Position numbers and translations under genes: made by a program | The notes under the pieces: model-generated | Told to the model about the DNA's origin: nothing | Seen by the model: the letters and a program-made list of their open reading frames with translations, nothing else | Databases searched by the model: none | Part shown: in pieces, positions 10,064 to 19,684 of the stretch | Numbering within the stretch: the first letter of the stretch is position 1 | How the letters are laid out: the number at the start of each line of letters is the position of its first letter | Source: Candidatus Binatia bacterium | GTDB lineage: Bacteria > Desulfobacterota > Binatia > Bin18 | Assembly: GCA_963664395.2 (NCBI GenBank) | Contig: OY761159.2 | Coordinates: 3,648,001 to 3,712,000, forward strand | DNA: 64,000 bases | Reading direction: 5' to 3'

Positions 10064-10711
10064 TTGAAAACCAGACGCTATGAATCGGGGACGCCTGACA
10101 CGCCGGCAGCGTTGCGACGTTGTACTGACGCGGGGGGCGCATCTTCGGTCACATTAAAGGGCGACCTCGGCATACTCGATAAAAGGCTGATTGGATTCTT
10201 CTGCTCGGTGCGTTGTCCGGGCGACGTCATACTCAAGACCTACGATCTCGCGCGGGTGCTGCGCGAAACCGACGTGACGATGGTCGGCGGGTTCCAGTCT
10301 CCTATGGAGAAGGAGTTCCTGGACCTGCTGCTGCGGGGTTCGGTGTCCATCGTTGTCTGTCCGGCGCGTGGGCTTGGCAGCCTGCGGATTCCAAAGAGCT
10401 GGAAGAAACCGCTGGACGAAGGCCGCTTGCTGCTCCTGTCCTTTTTTGACGATAATATCTGTCGCCCCACCGCAAATATCGCCACCAAGCGTAACGCTTA
10501 TGTCGCCGCTCTTGCCGACCGTCTTCTCATCGCTCATGCCGAACAGAGCGGCAAAATCGAGACATTATGCAAGGAAGCGCTTACTGAGGGGAAGCGGGTG
10601 TTTGCCCTGGATTCGCCGGATAATGCGCACTTGGTTGAACTTGATATTACACCGGTCCTGGCTGAGGACTCCTCACCGTTGATATCGAAGGGAAGCGTCC
10701 CTTCTTGTTGA
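10064..10711 (+). CDS. DprA/Smf-like (SLOG fold) protein
   Basis: FCSVRCPG, GGFQSPMEKE, RNAYVAALAD motifs; start codon uncertain. Confidence 0.75.
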   Translation: MKTRRYESGTPDTPAALRRCTDAGGASSVTLKGDLGILDKRLIGFFCSVRCPGDVILKTYDLARVLRETDVTMVGGFQSPMEKEFLDLLLRGSVSIVVCPARGLGSLRIPKSWKKPLDEGRLLLLSFFDDNICRPTANIATKRNAYVAALADRLLIAHAEQSGKIETLCKEALTEGKRVFALDSPDNAHLVELDITPVLAEDSSPLISKGSVPSC

Positions 10712-10713
10712 TT

Positions 10714-10932
10714 CTACTCAAGGACATCGGACGTGCCCTCTACCCACTCCATCGCTTCGGTTTCTCGTTCGATATCTGCCGCCATCCGACGGTAGCCCTC
10801 CTGAATATCGCCATATATGACGTAGGGCCTGACTAATGACTCGATAAACCGGCTGATCTTACGTCTCCCTACGACTTGGTACAGACCTGCGTATACGTCT
10901 TCGTCTATGGTGATTGTCAGCTTCTTTTGCAT
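10714..10932 (-). CDS. Ribbon-helix-helix-type addiction-module antitoxin (orphan)
   Basis: MQKKLTITIDEDVY...ISRFIESLVRP...GYRRMAADIERETEAMEW, 72 aa from ATG 10932. Confidence 0.75.
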   Translation of the reverse strand: MQKKLTITIDEDVYAGLYQVVGRRKISRFIESLVRPYVIYGDIQEGYRRMAADIERETEAMEWVEGTSDVLE

Positions 10933-11105
10933 ACCCACTCCTGACACGTGTACTCCACGTACATTACCACAAGGAATTTCTGTCGTCTGTCGTCCACCCG
11001 GCATGAGGGCTCGGCACCCTGTAGATTCCAGAAGGCTGGAAGAACCCGTCCACCGACACGCTCTCACCTTGTTTCCACCTCCCCGGCTGTGTACATTCCT
11101 AGGCC

Positions 11106-11963
11106 ATGTATCCGTTTGACCATCCGGCTGTGGACCGGCTGATTCGTCTGGCGCTGGAAGAGGACATTGGTCGGGGCGATGCGACCACACGAGCGACTAT
11201 TCCCGCTGCCCAGGCTGCGCGTGGAAAAATTACGGCCAAGGCCGACGTTGTGCTGGCAGGACTGCCAATAATTGCACTGGTTTTAGCGCAGACGGATAAA
11301 ACGGCTGGAGTGCGCTTGCTCGGCCAAGAGGGGCGTCAGGTTCCGGTCGGGACGGTTGTTGCCGAGGTGTGGGGACAGGCCGCCGGCCTGCTCACGGTGG
11401 AACGAACCTTGCTCAATCTCTTGCAGCATCTCTCCGGGGTGGCAACCCTGACGCGAAAATTTGTTGAGGCCGTGGCCGGAACACAATGCACAATTATTGA
11501 TACCCGAAAAACTCTGCCCGGCCTGCGCTTGCTGGATAAATATGCGGTTGTCCAGGGTGGGGGAAGAAATCACCGGCTTGGGCTTGATGATGGGGTGTTG
11601 ATCAAAGACAATCACATTGCTGTCTGTGGTGGGGTGGGTGCTGCCGTACGGCAGGCGCGTAGTCAGGCGTCAATGTGGTTGCGCATCGAAGTTGAGTGTA
11701 CAACCGTGGCTGAGGTCGAAGAGGCCCTCGACGCCCAGGCCGACATCATCCTGCTGGATAATATGACAACCGGTCAGATGAACGAAGCCGTGCGGCTGAT
11801 ACATGGGCGGGCCCTGGTTGAAGCCTCGGGCAATATGTCTCTTGAGCGGGTTCGTGAAGTGGCTGAAACAGGGGTGGATTTTATCTCGGTTGGTGTCCTG
11901 ACGCATTCAACTCCTGCCGCAGACCTCAGTATGTCTGTGACGTGTGAGTCGGAGTCATACTGA
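11106..11963 (+). CDS. nadC: Nicotinate-nucleotide pyrophosphorylase (carboxylating)
   Basis: DTRKTLPG, NHRLGL, LIKDNH, IEVE, LLDN, EASG motifs. Confidence 0.97.
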   Translation: MYPFDHPAVDRLIRLALEEDIGRGDATTRATIPAAQAARGKITAKADVVLAGLPIIALVLAQTDKTAGVRLLGQEGRQVPVGTVVAEVWGQAAGLLTVERTLLNLLQHLSGVATLTRKFVEAVAGTQCTIIDTRKTLPGLRLLDKYAVVQGGGRNHRLGLDDGVLIKDNHIAVCGGVGAAVRQARSQASMWLRIEVECTTVAEVEEALDAQADIILLDNMTTGQMNEAVRLIHGRALVEASGNMSLERVREVAETGVDFISVGVLTHSTPAADLSMSVTCESESY

Positions 11964-11973
11964 GCGCTATCCT

Positions 11974-12852
11974 ATGGATGACCTTCCTGACCACGGCTTT
12001 GAGACTGCCTTGTTGTCTCAGTTATCCCAGCCGGCGACGCGTGTGCTTGGTCGCCGGCTTCATTTTTTTGACAGCATTGATTCCACCAATGTGTCTGCTG
12101 CCGGACTGGCACGAGAGGGTGTCGCCGAGGGAACGGTTGTGATCGCCGATGCGCAAACCGGTGGCAAAGGCCGATTAGGACGGAGTTGGGTTTCGCCTCC
12201 TGGGGTGAATCTCTATCTGTCAGTTATTCTCCGCCCCCGGAAATCTGTCTCATCCGCGCCGCAATTAAGCTTGCTGGCCGCTGTGGCAGTGGCTGAAGCC
12301 ATCGTCCACCAGACTCAGTTGGTTCCATCCATAAAATGGCCCAACGATGTCCTTGTCTCAGGAAAAAAGGTGTGCGGCATCCTGACCGAAATGCAGGCGA
12401 AAGGTCGGCAGCTCAGGTCCGTTGTTGTCGGTATCGGTGTCAATATCAATGCTCCGCTGACGTCATTTCCTGAGGAGTTGCAGGATAAGGCTTCTTCGCT
12501 CTTCCTAATGCGCGGAGAGCCGGTTGACCGGGCTGCGTTTACTGCGAATCTGTTGACCCATCTTGAGAAATTGTACGTTCTGTGGCTAGAAGAGGGGTTC
12601 CCGGTAGTGGGTGCAGCCTGGGAAGGCTATGCGCCTGAGCTGCTGGGGAAACCGATCTCGGTGACAGCGCCTGAGGGGACAATCGCAGGGACGGCCCTTG
12701 GCCTTGACCGGGATGGCGCGCTCCTGGTTCAAACACAAGGCCCGGAAGGCAACCTGGCAGGGCAAGGGGAGCAGCCCCACCGCGTCCGTCGTATTCTGGC
12801 CGGAGATGTGACCGTGGTTGATGGATATCGAAAGACTGACACAGTGAACTGA
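11974..12852 (+). CDS. birA: Biotin--[acetyl-CoA-carboxylase] ligase
   Basis: DSTN, QTGGKGRLGRSW, KWPNDV, KKVCGIL; no N-terminal HTH. Confidence 0.95.
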   Translation: MDDLPDHGFETALLSQLSQPATRVLGRRLHFFDSIDSTNVSAAGLAREGVAEGTVVIADAQTGGKGRLGRSWVSPPGVNLYLSVILRPRKSVSSAPQLSLLAAVAVAEAIVHQTQLVPSIKWPNDVLVSGKKVCGILTEMQAKGRQLRSVVVGIGVNINAPLTSFPEELQDKASSLFLMRGEPVDRAAFTANLLTHLEKLYVLWLEEGFPVVGAAWEGYAPELLGKPISVTAPEGTIAGTALGLDRDGALLVQTQGPEGNLAGQGEQPHRVRRILAGDVTVVDGYRKTDTVN

Positions 12853-12876
12853 TTGAGCTGATTGAAGTGACCCCCC

Positions 12877-13641
12877 ATGATACTCGCCGTTGATGTGGGC
12901 AATACGCATACGGTAGCTGGTCTCTATAACATGGAAGACCTCGCCTATCATTGGCGCTTTGTGACTGAGGCTGAGCGAACGGCAGACGAGTATGGGGTAT
13001 TGCTGCAAAGCTTCTTTACGGCCCGTGCACTCAGCCTTTCGTGTGTGGCTGGCATTATTGTGTCGAGTGTTGTGCCGGAAATGGTGAAAACGCTCGAAGA
13101 ACTTTCCCGAAAGTATTTTCAGCTCACCCCGCTCTTCGTCGGCCCTGGCATCAAGACCGGCATGCCGATTCTGTATGATAATCCCCGAGAGGTTGGGGCC
13201 GACCGTATCGTGAATGCGGTTGCGGCCTATGAACGCTACCGGGCCGCCACGATTATTGTCGATTTTGGGACAGCAACAACCTTCGACTACGTGACGCAAG
13301 CCGGAGAATACCTGGGCGGGGCTATTGTTCCGGGCGTGGGGATTTCCCTGGATGCCTTATTCCACAAAACGGCTAAACTCTACCGGGTGGAGCTGGTGAA
13401 GCCCCCTAAGGTCGTCGGCCGCAATACGGTCAACGCCATCCAATCAGGCATCTATTATGGCTATACATCTCTGGTTGATGGGATGGTGCAACGCATTCAA
13501 CTCGAAAATGGCGGGCAGGCCCGAGTGATCGCGACGGGTGGATTTGCCCAGCTGATCGCGGCAGAATCAAGAACCATTGAGGAGGTCGATGAGTTCGTGA
13601 CCCTGGAGGGGCTGCGAATTCTGTATGAACGAAATCATTAA
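12877..13641 (+). CDS. coaX: Type III pantothenate kinase
   Basis: DVGNT, GADR, DFGTATT, ATGG motifs. Confidence 0.96.
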   Translation: MILAVDVGNTHTVAGLYNMEDLAYHWRFVTEAERTADEYGVLLQSFFTARALSLSCVAGIIVSSVVPEMVKTLEELSRKYFQLTPLFVGPGIKTGMPILYDNPREVGADRIVNAVAAYERYRAATIIVDFGTATTFDYVTQAGEYLGGAIVPGVGISLDALFHKTAKLYRVELVKPPKVVGRNTVNAIQSGIYYGYTSLVDGMVQRIQLENGGQARVIATGGFAQLIAAESRTIEEVDEFVTLEGLRILYERNH

Positions 13642-13726
13642 GAGCGTATATGCAACACGAGAGCGATTGCGACGTAACGCAACGCAGTCACTCGGATTGC
13701 GCGACGCGTCCAAGAAGGAGGGACAT

Positions 13727-15814
13727 ATGGCCGCTGATGATATGCATCGCATCCGAACCGTTGGGCTGCTGGCTGAAGGGAGCGCCGGGAAGACGACCTT
13801 AGGGGAGGCGCTCTTGTACGCTGCGGGCGAGACAACCCGCCAGGGGCGTGTGGAGGATGAAAGCTCGGTACTCGACTTTGAGCCTGAGGAAATGCGCCGG
13901 AAAGCGACCCTGTCAACGGCTTTTCATACGCTGAGCTGGAAGAAGCACGACATTTGTTTAATCGACCCGCCTGGATATGGGAACTTTTTGCCGGACACCC
14001 GCTATGCCATGGAGGCGATGGGTGGAGCCATATTCATCGCAGGTCCGATTGGTCATCTCAAGGTCGAGAGTGAACGGATGTGGAATTGGGCCAGGGATAT
14101 GAATCTGCCTCGCATCGTCTGTCTGTCCCGGATGGACCGGGAGGAGGGAGAATTCGGCGCGGCTCTCGATGCCCTGAATAGTGCTCTTGAGACAACCCTG
14201 ACCCCGATTCAAATTCCGATTGGCTCTCAGGCCGACTTTCGGGGCGTGGTTGATCTGCTGTCCATGCAAGCCCTGATGTTTCAAGGTGATAAGGGCGAAG
14301 TCAGTACAGAGGCCATTCCCGGTGATCTTCAAGCCCAGGCGGATGAATATCGTGAAAAATTAATTGAGGCGGTTGCAGAAACAAACGATGACTTTCTGAC
14401 ACGTTACCTTGAGGGCGAGGAGTTGAGTGCGGACGACATTACGCACGCGTTAGCTGAAGGTGTGGCTGCCGCCCGGATTTTCCCTGTGCTGTGTATCTCG
14501 GGGAGCCGGACTTTGGGCATCCAGCCCGTGTTGAACGCAATGGTTGACCTGCTTCCGTCGCCAGCCTCACGTCCCAGCGTGACCTGTACCAATCCGAAAA
14601 ACCAGGAAGAAGTTGAGCGCAGCCCTGATCCGACCGCACCTTTTACCGCCCGTGTGTTCAAGACGGTTGACTCGCAGGCCGGCAAGCTGGCTCTCTTCTG
14701 TGTTCTGTCTGGAAAAGTGGAGAGCGACTCGGTCGTATATAATGCGACCCGTGATGCCAAAGAACGTATTGGCCAGTTGTTTCATCTCAAAGGAAAAAAG
14801 CAGGAACCTGTGGCCACGGCATTGCCGGGCGATATCATCGGGGTGGCCAAGCTCAAAGAGACGCATACCGGCGATACGCTGTGCGACGAAAAGGAGCCTG
14901 CTCTTCTGCCCCCCTTGGTAGAATTCAATCCAGCGATCTCGTTCGCCCTGGTGCTCAAGTCTCGCGGCGATGAAGAAAAAATCATGGCCTCATTGGACCG
15001 ACTCAATGAGGAAGACCCCGCCCTCAGAGTGGACCGGGACCAACAGTCCAACGAGATCCTTATTTCCGGGGCCGGCCAACTCCATATTGAAGTGGTCGTA
15101 GAAAAACTGAAGCGGAAATACGGAGTTGAAGTTGAGCTGAAAGCGCCCAAGGTTCCGTATCGCGAAACCGTTACCAGCAAAACCGAGGTCCAGGGACGCT
15201 TGAAGAAACAATCGGGCGGGCGAGGCCAGTTTGGCGACACCTGGCTGCGTGTTGGGCCTCTGGCGCGTGGTGCAGGCTTTGAATTCACCAACGCAATAAA
15301 AGGCGGCGCGATTCCTCGTCAGTATATTCCGTCAGTTGAGAAAGGTGTGGTCAACGCCTTAGGCAAAGGATTCTTGGCTGGTTATCCCATAGTGGATGTC
15401 CAGGTAGCGCTCTATGACGGCTCCTACCACGATGTGGACTCCTCTGACATGGCGTTTCAGATTGCCGGGTCTATTGGGATTCAAAATGCGCTGGAAAAGG
15501 CCAAGCCGGTGCTGCTGGAGCCTATTATGAACCTCGATATCACTGTTCCAGAGGAGTATATGGGTGACATCAGTGGAGACATCAATCGGCGACGTGGCAG
15601 GCTGATGAGTGTAGATGTCAAGGGGAATAACCAGATCATCAAGGCTTCCGTTCCAATGGCTGAGATATTGACCTATGCACCTGATTTACGTTCGATGACA
15701 AGTGGCCGAGGAACATTTGAGGCAGGCTTTTCGCACTACGAAGAAGTTCCTCATCATTTGACTGAAAAAATCGTTCAAGAGAGCAAGCAGGCCAAGGAAG
15801 AAGCCCATAATTAA
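13727..15814 (+). CDS. fusA: Elongation factor G paralog (EF-G2-like)
   Basis: Full EF-G domain set (EEDP, KQSGGRGQF, DGSYHDVDSS); divergent G motifs; GGAGG RBS before ATG 13727. Confidence 0.9.
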   Translation: MAADDMHRIRTVGLLAEGSAGKTTLGEALLYAAGETTRQGRVEDESSVLDFEPEEMRRKATLSTAFHTLSWKKHDICLIDPPGYGNFLPDTRYAMEAMGGAIFIAGPIGHLKVESERMWNWARDMNLPRIVCLSRMDREEGEFGAALDALNSALETTLTPIQIPIGSQADFRGVVDLLSMQALMFQGDKGEVSTEAIPGDLQAQADEYREKLIEAVAETNDDFLTRYLEGEELSADDITHALAEGVAAARIFPVLCISGSRTLGIQPVLNAMVDLLPSPASRPSVTCTNPKNQEEVERSPDPTAPFTARVFKTVDSQAGKLALFCVLSGKVESDSVVYNATRDAKERIGQLFHLKGKKQEPVATALPGDIIGVAKLKETHTGDTLCDEKEPALLPPLVEFNPAISFALVLKSRGDEEKIMASLDRLNEEDPALRVDRDQQSNEILISGAGQLHIEVVVEKLKRKYGVEVELKAPKVPYRETVTSKTEVQGRLKKQSGGRGQFGDTWLRVGPLARGAGFEFTNAIKGGAIPRQYIPSVEKGVVNALGKGFLAGYPIVDVQVALYDGSYHDVDSSDMAFQIAGSIGIQNALEKAKPVLLEPIMNLDITVPEEYMGDISGDINRRRGRLMSVDVKGNNQIIKASVPMAEILTYAPDLRSMTSGRGTFEAGFSHYEEVPHHLTEKIVQESKQAKEEAHN

Positions 15815-15871
15815 GCGTAGGCAAGCGCCTGGGGAGAGGCCCTGCCTCTCTTCACGGCATGGGATGAGACG

Positions 15872-15901
15872 TTGACAACCTCACTCGGGCTGTACTAGAG
15901 T
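15872..15901 (+). promoter_or_regulatory. sigma70-like promoter TTGACA-N18-TAGAGT
   Basis: Perfect -35 upstream of the DUF465-ilvNC operon. Confidence 0.45.
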
Positions 15902-15935
15902 TCTCTTTCTCTTTTATTTTGTAGGAGGGCTGCGT

Positions 15936-16166
15936 ATGGATGTCAAAGAAGAAGAGCTGATCCGTTCCCTACTCGATACCGACCCTGAACTGCGCCAACA
16001 CTACGAGGAGCACTCCCAGCTTAAACAGCGCCTCCAAGAACTCAGAGGAAAACCCTTCCTGACTGAAGAAGAAGAGGTTGAAGAGAAAACGATTCAAAAA
16101 CAAAAACTTGCGGGCAAAGATCGTATAATGGAAATCCTTGCACGCCACAAACAACAAGCGGCATAA
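15936..16166 (+). CDS. DUF465/YdcH-family coiled-coil protein
   Basis: H..L...L..L...KQKLAGKDRI pattern; AGGAGG RBS. Confidence 0.85.
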   Translation: MDVKEEELIRSLLDTDPELRQHYEEHSQLKQRLQELRGKPFLTEEEEVEEKTIQKQKLAGKDRIMEILARHKQQAA

Positions 16167-16285
16167 CTGAGAGCTGCTTCGTTCACTGTTCCGATCTCTC
16201 GGGCGAGCTTCAACCCCTCCATAGTGCCGGGTCGTCGCCCGGCCAAACGTCTCCTTACTCAGAAGCTCGTTGAACGACAAGACCT

Positions 16286-17853
<1,568 letters not shown>

Positions 17854-17907
17854 AGTACCTTTCGTGTGAGCAGGGGAGCCTCGTCTCCTCTGCTGCTCCT
17901 GGGAACT

Positions 17908-18543
17908 ATGCATTTTGCTCGTGAAGGATGGCCGTGGATTACCGGGCTGGGAGTGTTCTCTTTCGCGCTTGGACTCCTCGAACTTCAACCTCTGGGTTGG
18001 GTCGCGCTGGGGCTGACCCTGTTGGTAGCCTTCTTCTTTCGTGACCCGGACCGTGATGTCCCGAACGATGCGAGTGTGATTCTCTCTCCCGCTGATGGGC
18101 GTGTGGTAACGGTTGAGCCGCTTGCGCACGGAAAATACACCTCGGAGCAGCCCTCCTCTCGAATCGGTATTTTCTTGTCTCCGCTGAACGTGCATGTCAA
18201 TCGCGCGCCGGTCGCCGGTCAGGTCACCCAGGTACAGCATCAGCCTGGCAAATTTCGTGCGGCGTTTGCCGCTGATGCCGCAGAAGTCAATGAGCAGAAT
18301 GCGGTCAGTATTCAGGATGCACACGGGCGTCGGGTTGTCCTGGTACAGATTGCCGGCATGCTGGCCCGGCGTATTGTCTGTCGTCTCACACGCGGCGATC
18401 AGGTTCAACAAGGCGACCGGTATGGCATGATCATGTTGGGCTCCCGGGTTGATGTGTATTGTCCGGCAGAGGCACAGTTGAAAATAGCAGTTGGACAACG
18501 AGTCAAGGCCGGAGAGACAGTGATCGGCGAATACCGTTTCTGA
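17908..18543 (+). CDS. psd: Phosphatidylserine decarboxylase proenzyme
   Basis: FFRDP, SPADG, HVNRAP, LGSRVD self-cleavage site. Confidence 0.93.
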   Translation: MHFAREGWPWITGLGVFSFALGLLELQPLGWVALGLTLLVAFFFRDPDRDVPNDASVILSPADGRVVTVEPLAHGKYTSEQPSSRIGIFLSPLNVHVNRAPVAGQVTQVQHQPGKFRAAFAADAAEVNEQNAVSIQDAHGRRVVLVQIAGMLARRIVCRLTRGDQVQQGDRYGMIMLGSRVDVYCPAEAQLKIAVGQRVKAGETVIGEYRF

Positions 18544-18570
18544 GATGTAACTGGGAGTTTTCCTGTGACT

Positions 18571-19464
18571 ATGCAGACCCGCGAAAAAGTCCGACGGCTG
18601 CCAACCCGCAAAAAAATGCGTCCGCCCCTGCGCAAGGGCGTGTACCTGCTGCCTAATCTTTTTACGACGGGCGGACTGTTTTGCGGCTTTTACGCCAGCG
18701 TTGCAACCTTGCAGGGGGATTTCCGGGTTGCGGCAACCGCGATCCTGATCGCGCTGATCTTTGATACCCTTGATGGCCGTATTGCCCGTATGACAAAAAC
18801 CTCCAGCCACTTTGGCGCAGAATACGACTCTCTGTCCGACCTCGTGGCTTTTGGTGTTGCCCCTGGTTTGTTGGCCTACCGCTGGGCATTGGAGCCGTGG
18901 GGCGCGTGGGGTTGGTTGGCGGCGGCATTATATGTTGTATGTGGTGCCCTTCGTCTGGCTCGCTTTAATGTACAAATTGGAGTGGTGGATAAGGAGAGTT
19001 TTGTTGGTCTGCCGATCCCGGCCGCGGCGACCGTCATCGCTACGACTATTTGGATGTATTATTACCTTGGTGGTGCAGGCGCGACGAGTAAGCACGTGAC
19101 CCTCCTCCTGCTGGTGTATGTTCTGGCCGGCCTGATGATCAGTACGATTCGTTATGCGAGCTTTAAAGATCTGAATCTACGCGACCGTCAACCGTTTGGT
19201 CTCCTGGTTGTGGGTATCATTCTTTTACAACTCACCATCGCCGAGCCACAGATCATGTTGTTCGCTATTACAGGGGTCTATGCCTTGTCCGGCCCGGTCG
19301 GCATGGTGTTTCGTCTGCGGAAGAATCATCGCTCAGAGGAAACCGCACCTGACGTTGCCCGTATCCAACCGCAACAGATACATGAACACTCCAGTCCGCA
19401 GTCACCTTCACTTGACCCTTCACTTGACCCTTCACTTGACAAGGAGAAAAAGGGTTCGGTATAA
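18571..19464 (+). CDS. pssA: CDP-diacylglycerol--serine O-phosphatidyltransferase
   Basis: LPNLFT, DGRIAR...G..YDSLSD, RLARFN. Confidence 0.95.
   Translation: MQTREKVRRLPTRKKMRPPLRKGVYLLPNLFTTGGLFCGFYASVATLQGDFRVAATAILIALIFDTLDGRIARMTKTSSHFGAEYDSLSDLVAFGVAPGLLAYRWALEPWGAWGWLAAALYVVCGALRLARFNVQIGVVDKESFVGLPIPAAATVIATTIWMYYYLGGAGATSKHVTLLLLVYVLAGLMISTIRYASFKDLNLRDRQPFGLLVVGIILLQLTIAEPQIMLFAITGVYALSGPVGMVFRLRKNHRSEETAPDVARIQPQQIHEHSSPQSPSLDPSLDPSLDKEKKGSV
19406..19441 (+). repeat. 12-bp tandem repeat (CTTCACTTGACC) x3
   Basis: Seen directly; encodes PSLD repeats in the PssA tail. Confidence 0.9.
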
Positions 19465-19465
19465 C
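19436..19465 (+). promoter_or_regulatory. sigma70 promoter of the leu leader, TTGACA-N18-TATAAC
   Basis: Near-consensus -35/-10 just upstream of the leader peptide. Confidence 0.7.
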
Positions 19466-19474
19466 AAGAGACAC

Positions 19475-19564
19475 ATGACCAACCTAACGACGCTTGAGAC
19501 TTTAGGTCTCCTACTTGACCTCCTGCTTAGCATCCCGCCTGAGGGAGCCGAGGGAGGTGTGTAG
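19475..19564 (+). CDS. leu operon leader peptide (29 aa, 9 Leu)
   Basis: MTNLTTLETLGLLLDLLLSIPPEGAEGGV with CTA/TTA/CTT codons, upstream of terminator hairpins and leuA. Confidence 0.75.
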   Translation: MTNLTTLETLGLLLDLLLSIPPEGAEGGV

Positions 19565-19580
19565 GTCACACCAGACTCTT

Positions 19581-19658
19581 GGAGGCCACGGGCGGAATAT
19601 CTGATCCGTGGCTTCTTGTTATAGAGGGCTGCGGGTATACCCGCAGCCCTTTTTCTTT
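19581..19658 (+). terminator. Attenuator hairpins upstream of leuA
   Basis: GAGGCCACGG...CCGTGGCTTC hairpin, then perfect AGGGCTGCGGG-TATA-CCCGCAGCCCT hairpin plus T-tract. Confidence 0.8.
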
Positions 19659-19684
19659 ATCGGGACAGCACTGAGGAGGACGCT

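Noticed and set aside
2770-10711. Calling the left island DISARM or BREX
   Set aside because: No DrmA/DrmB (DUF1998), PglZ or BrxC genes in the window
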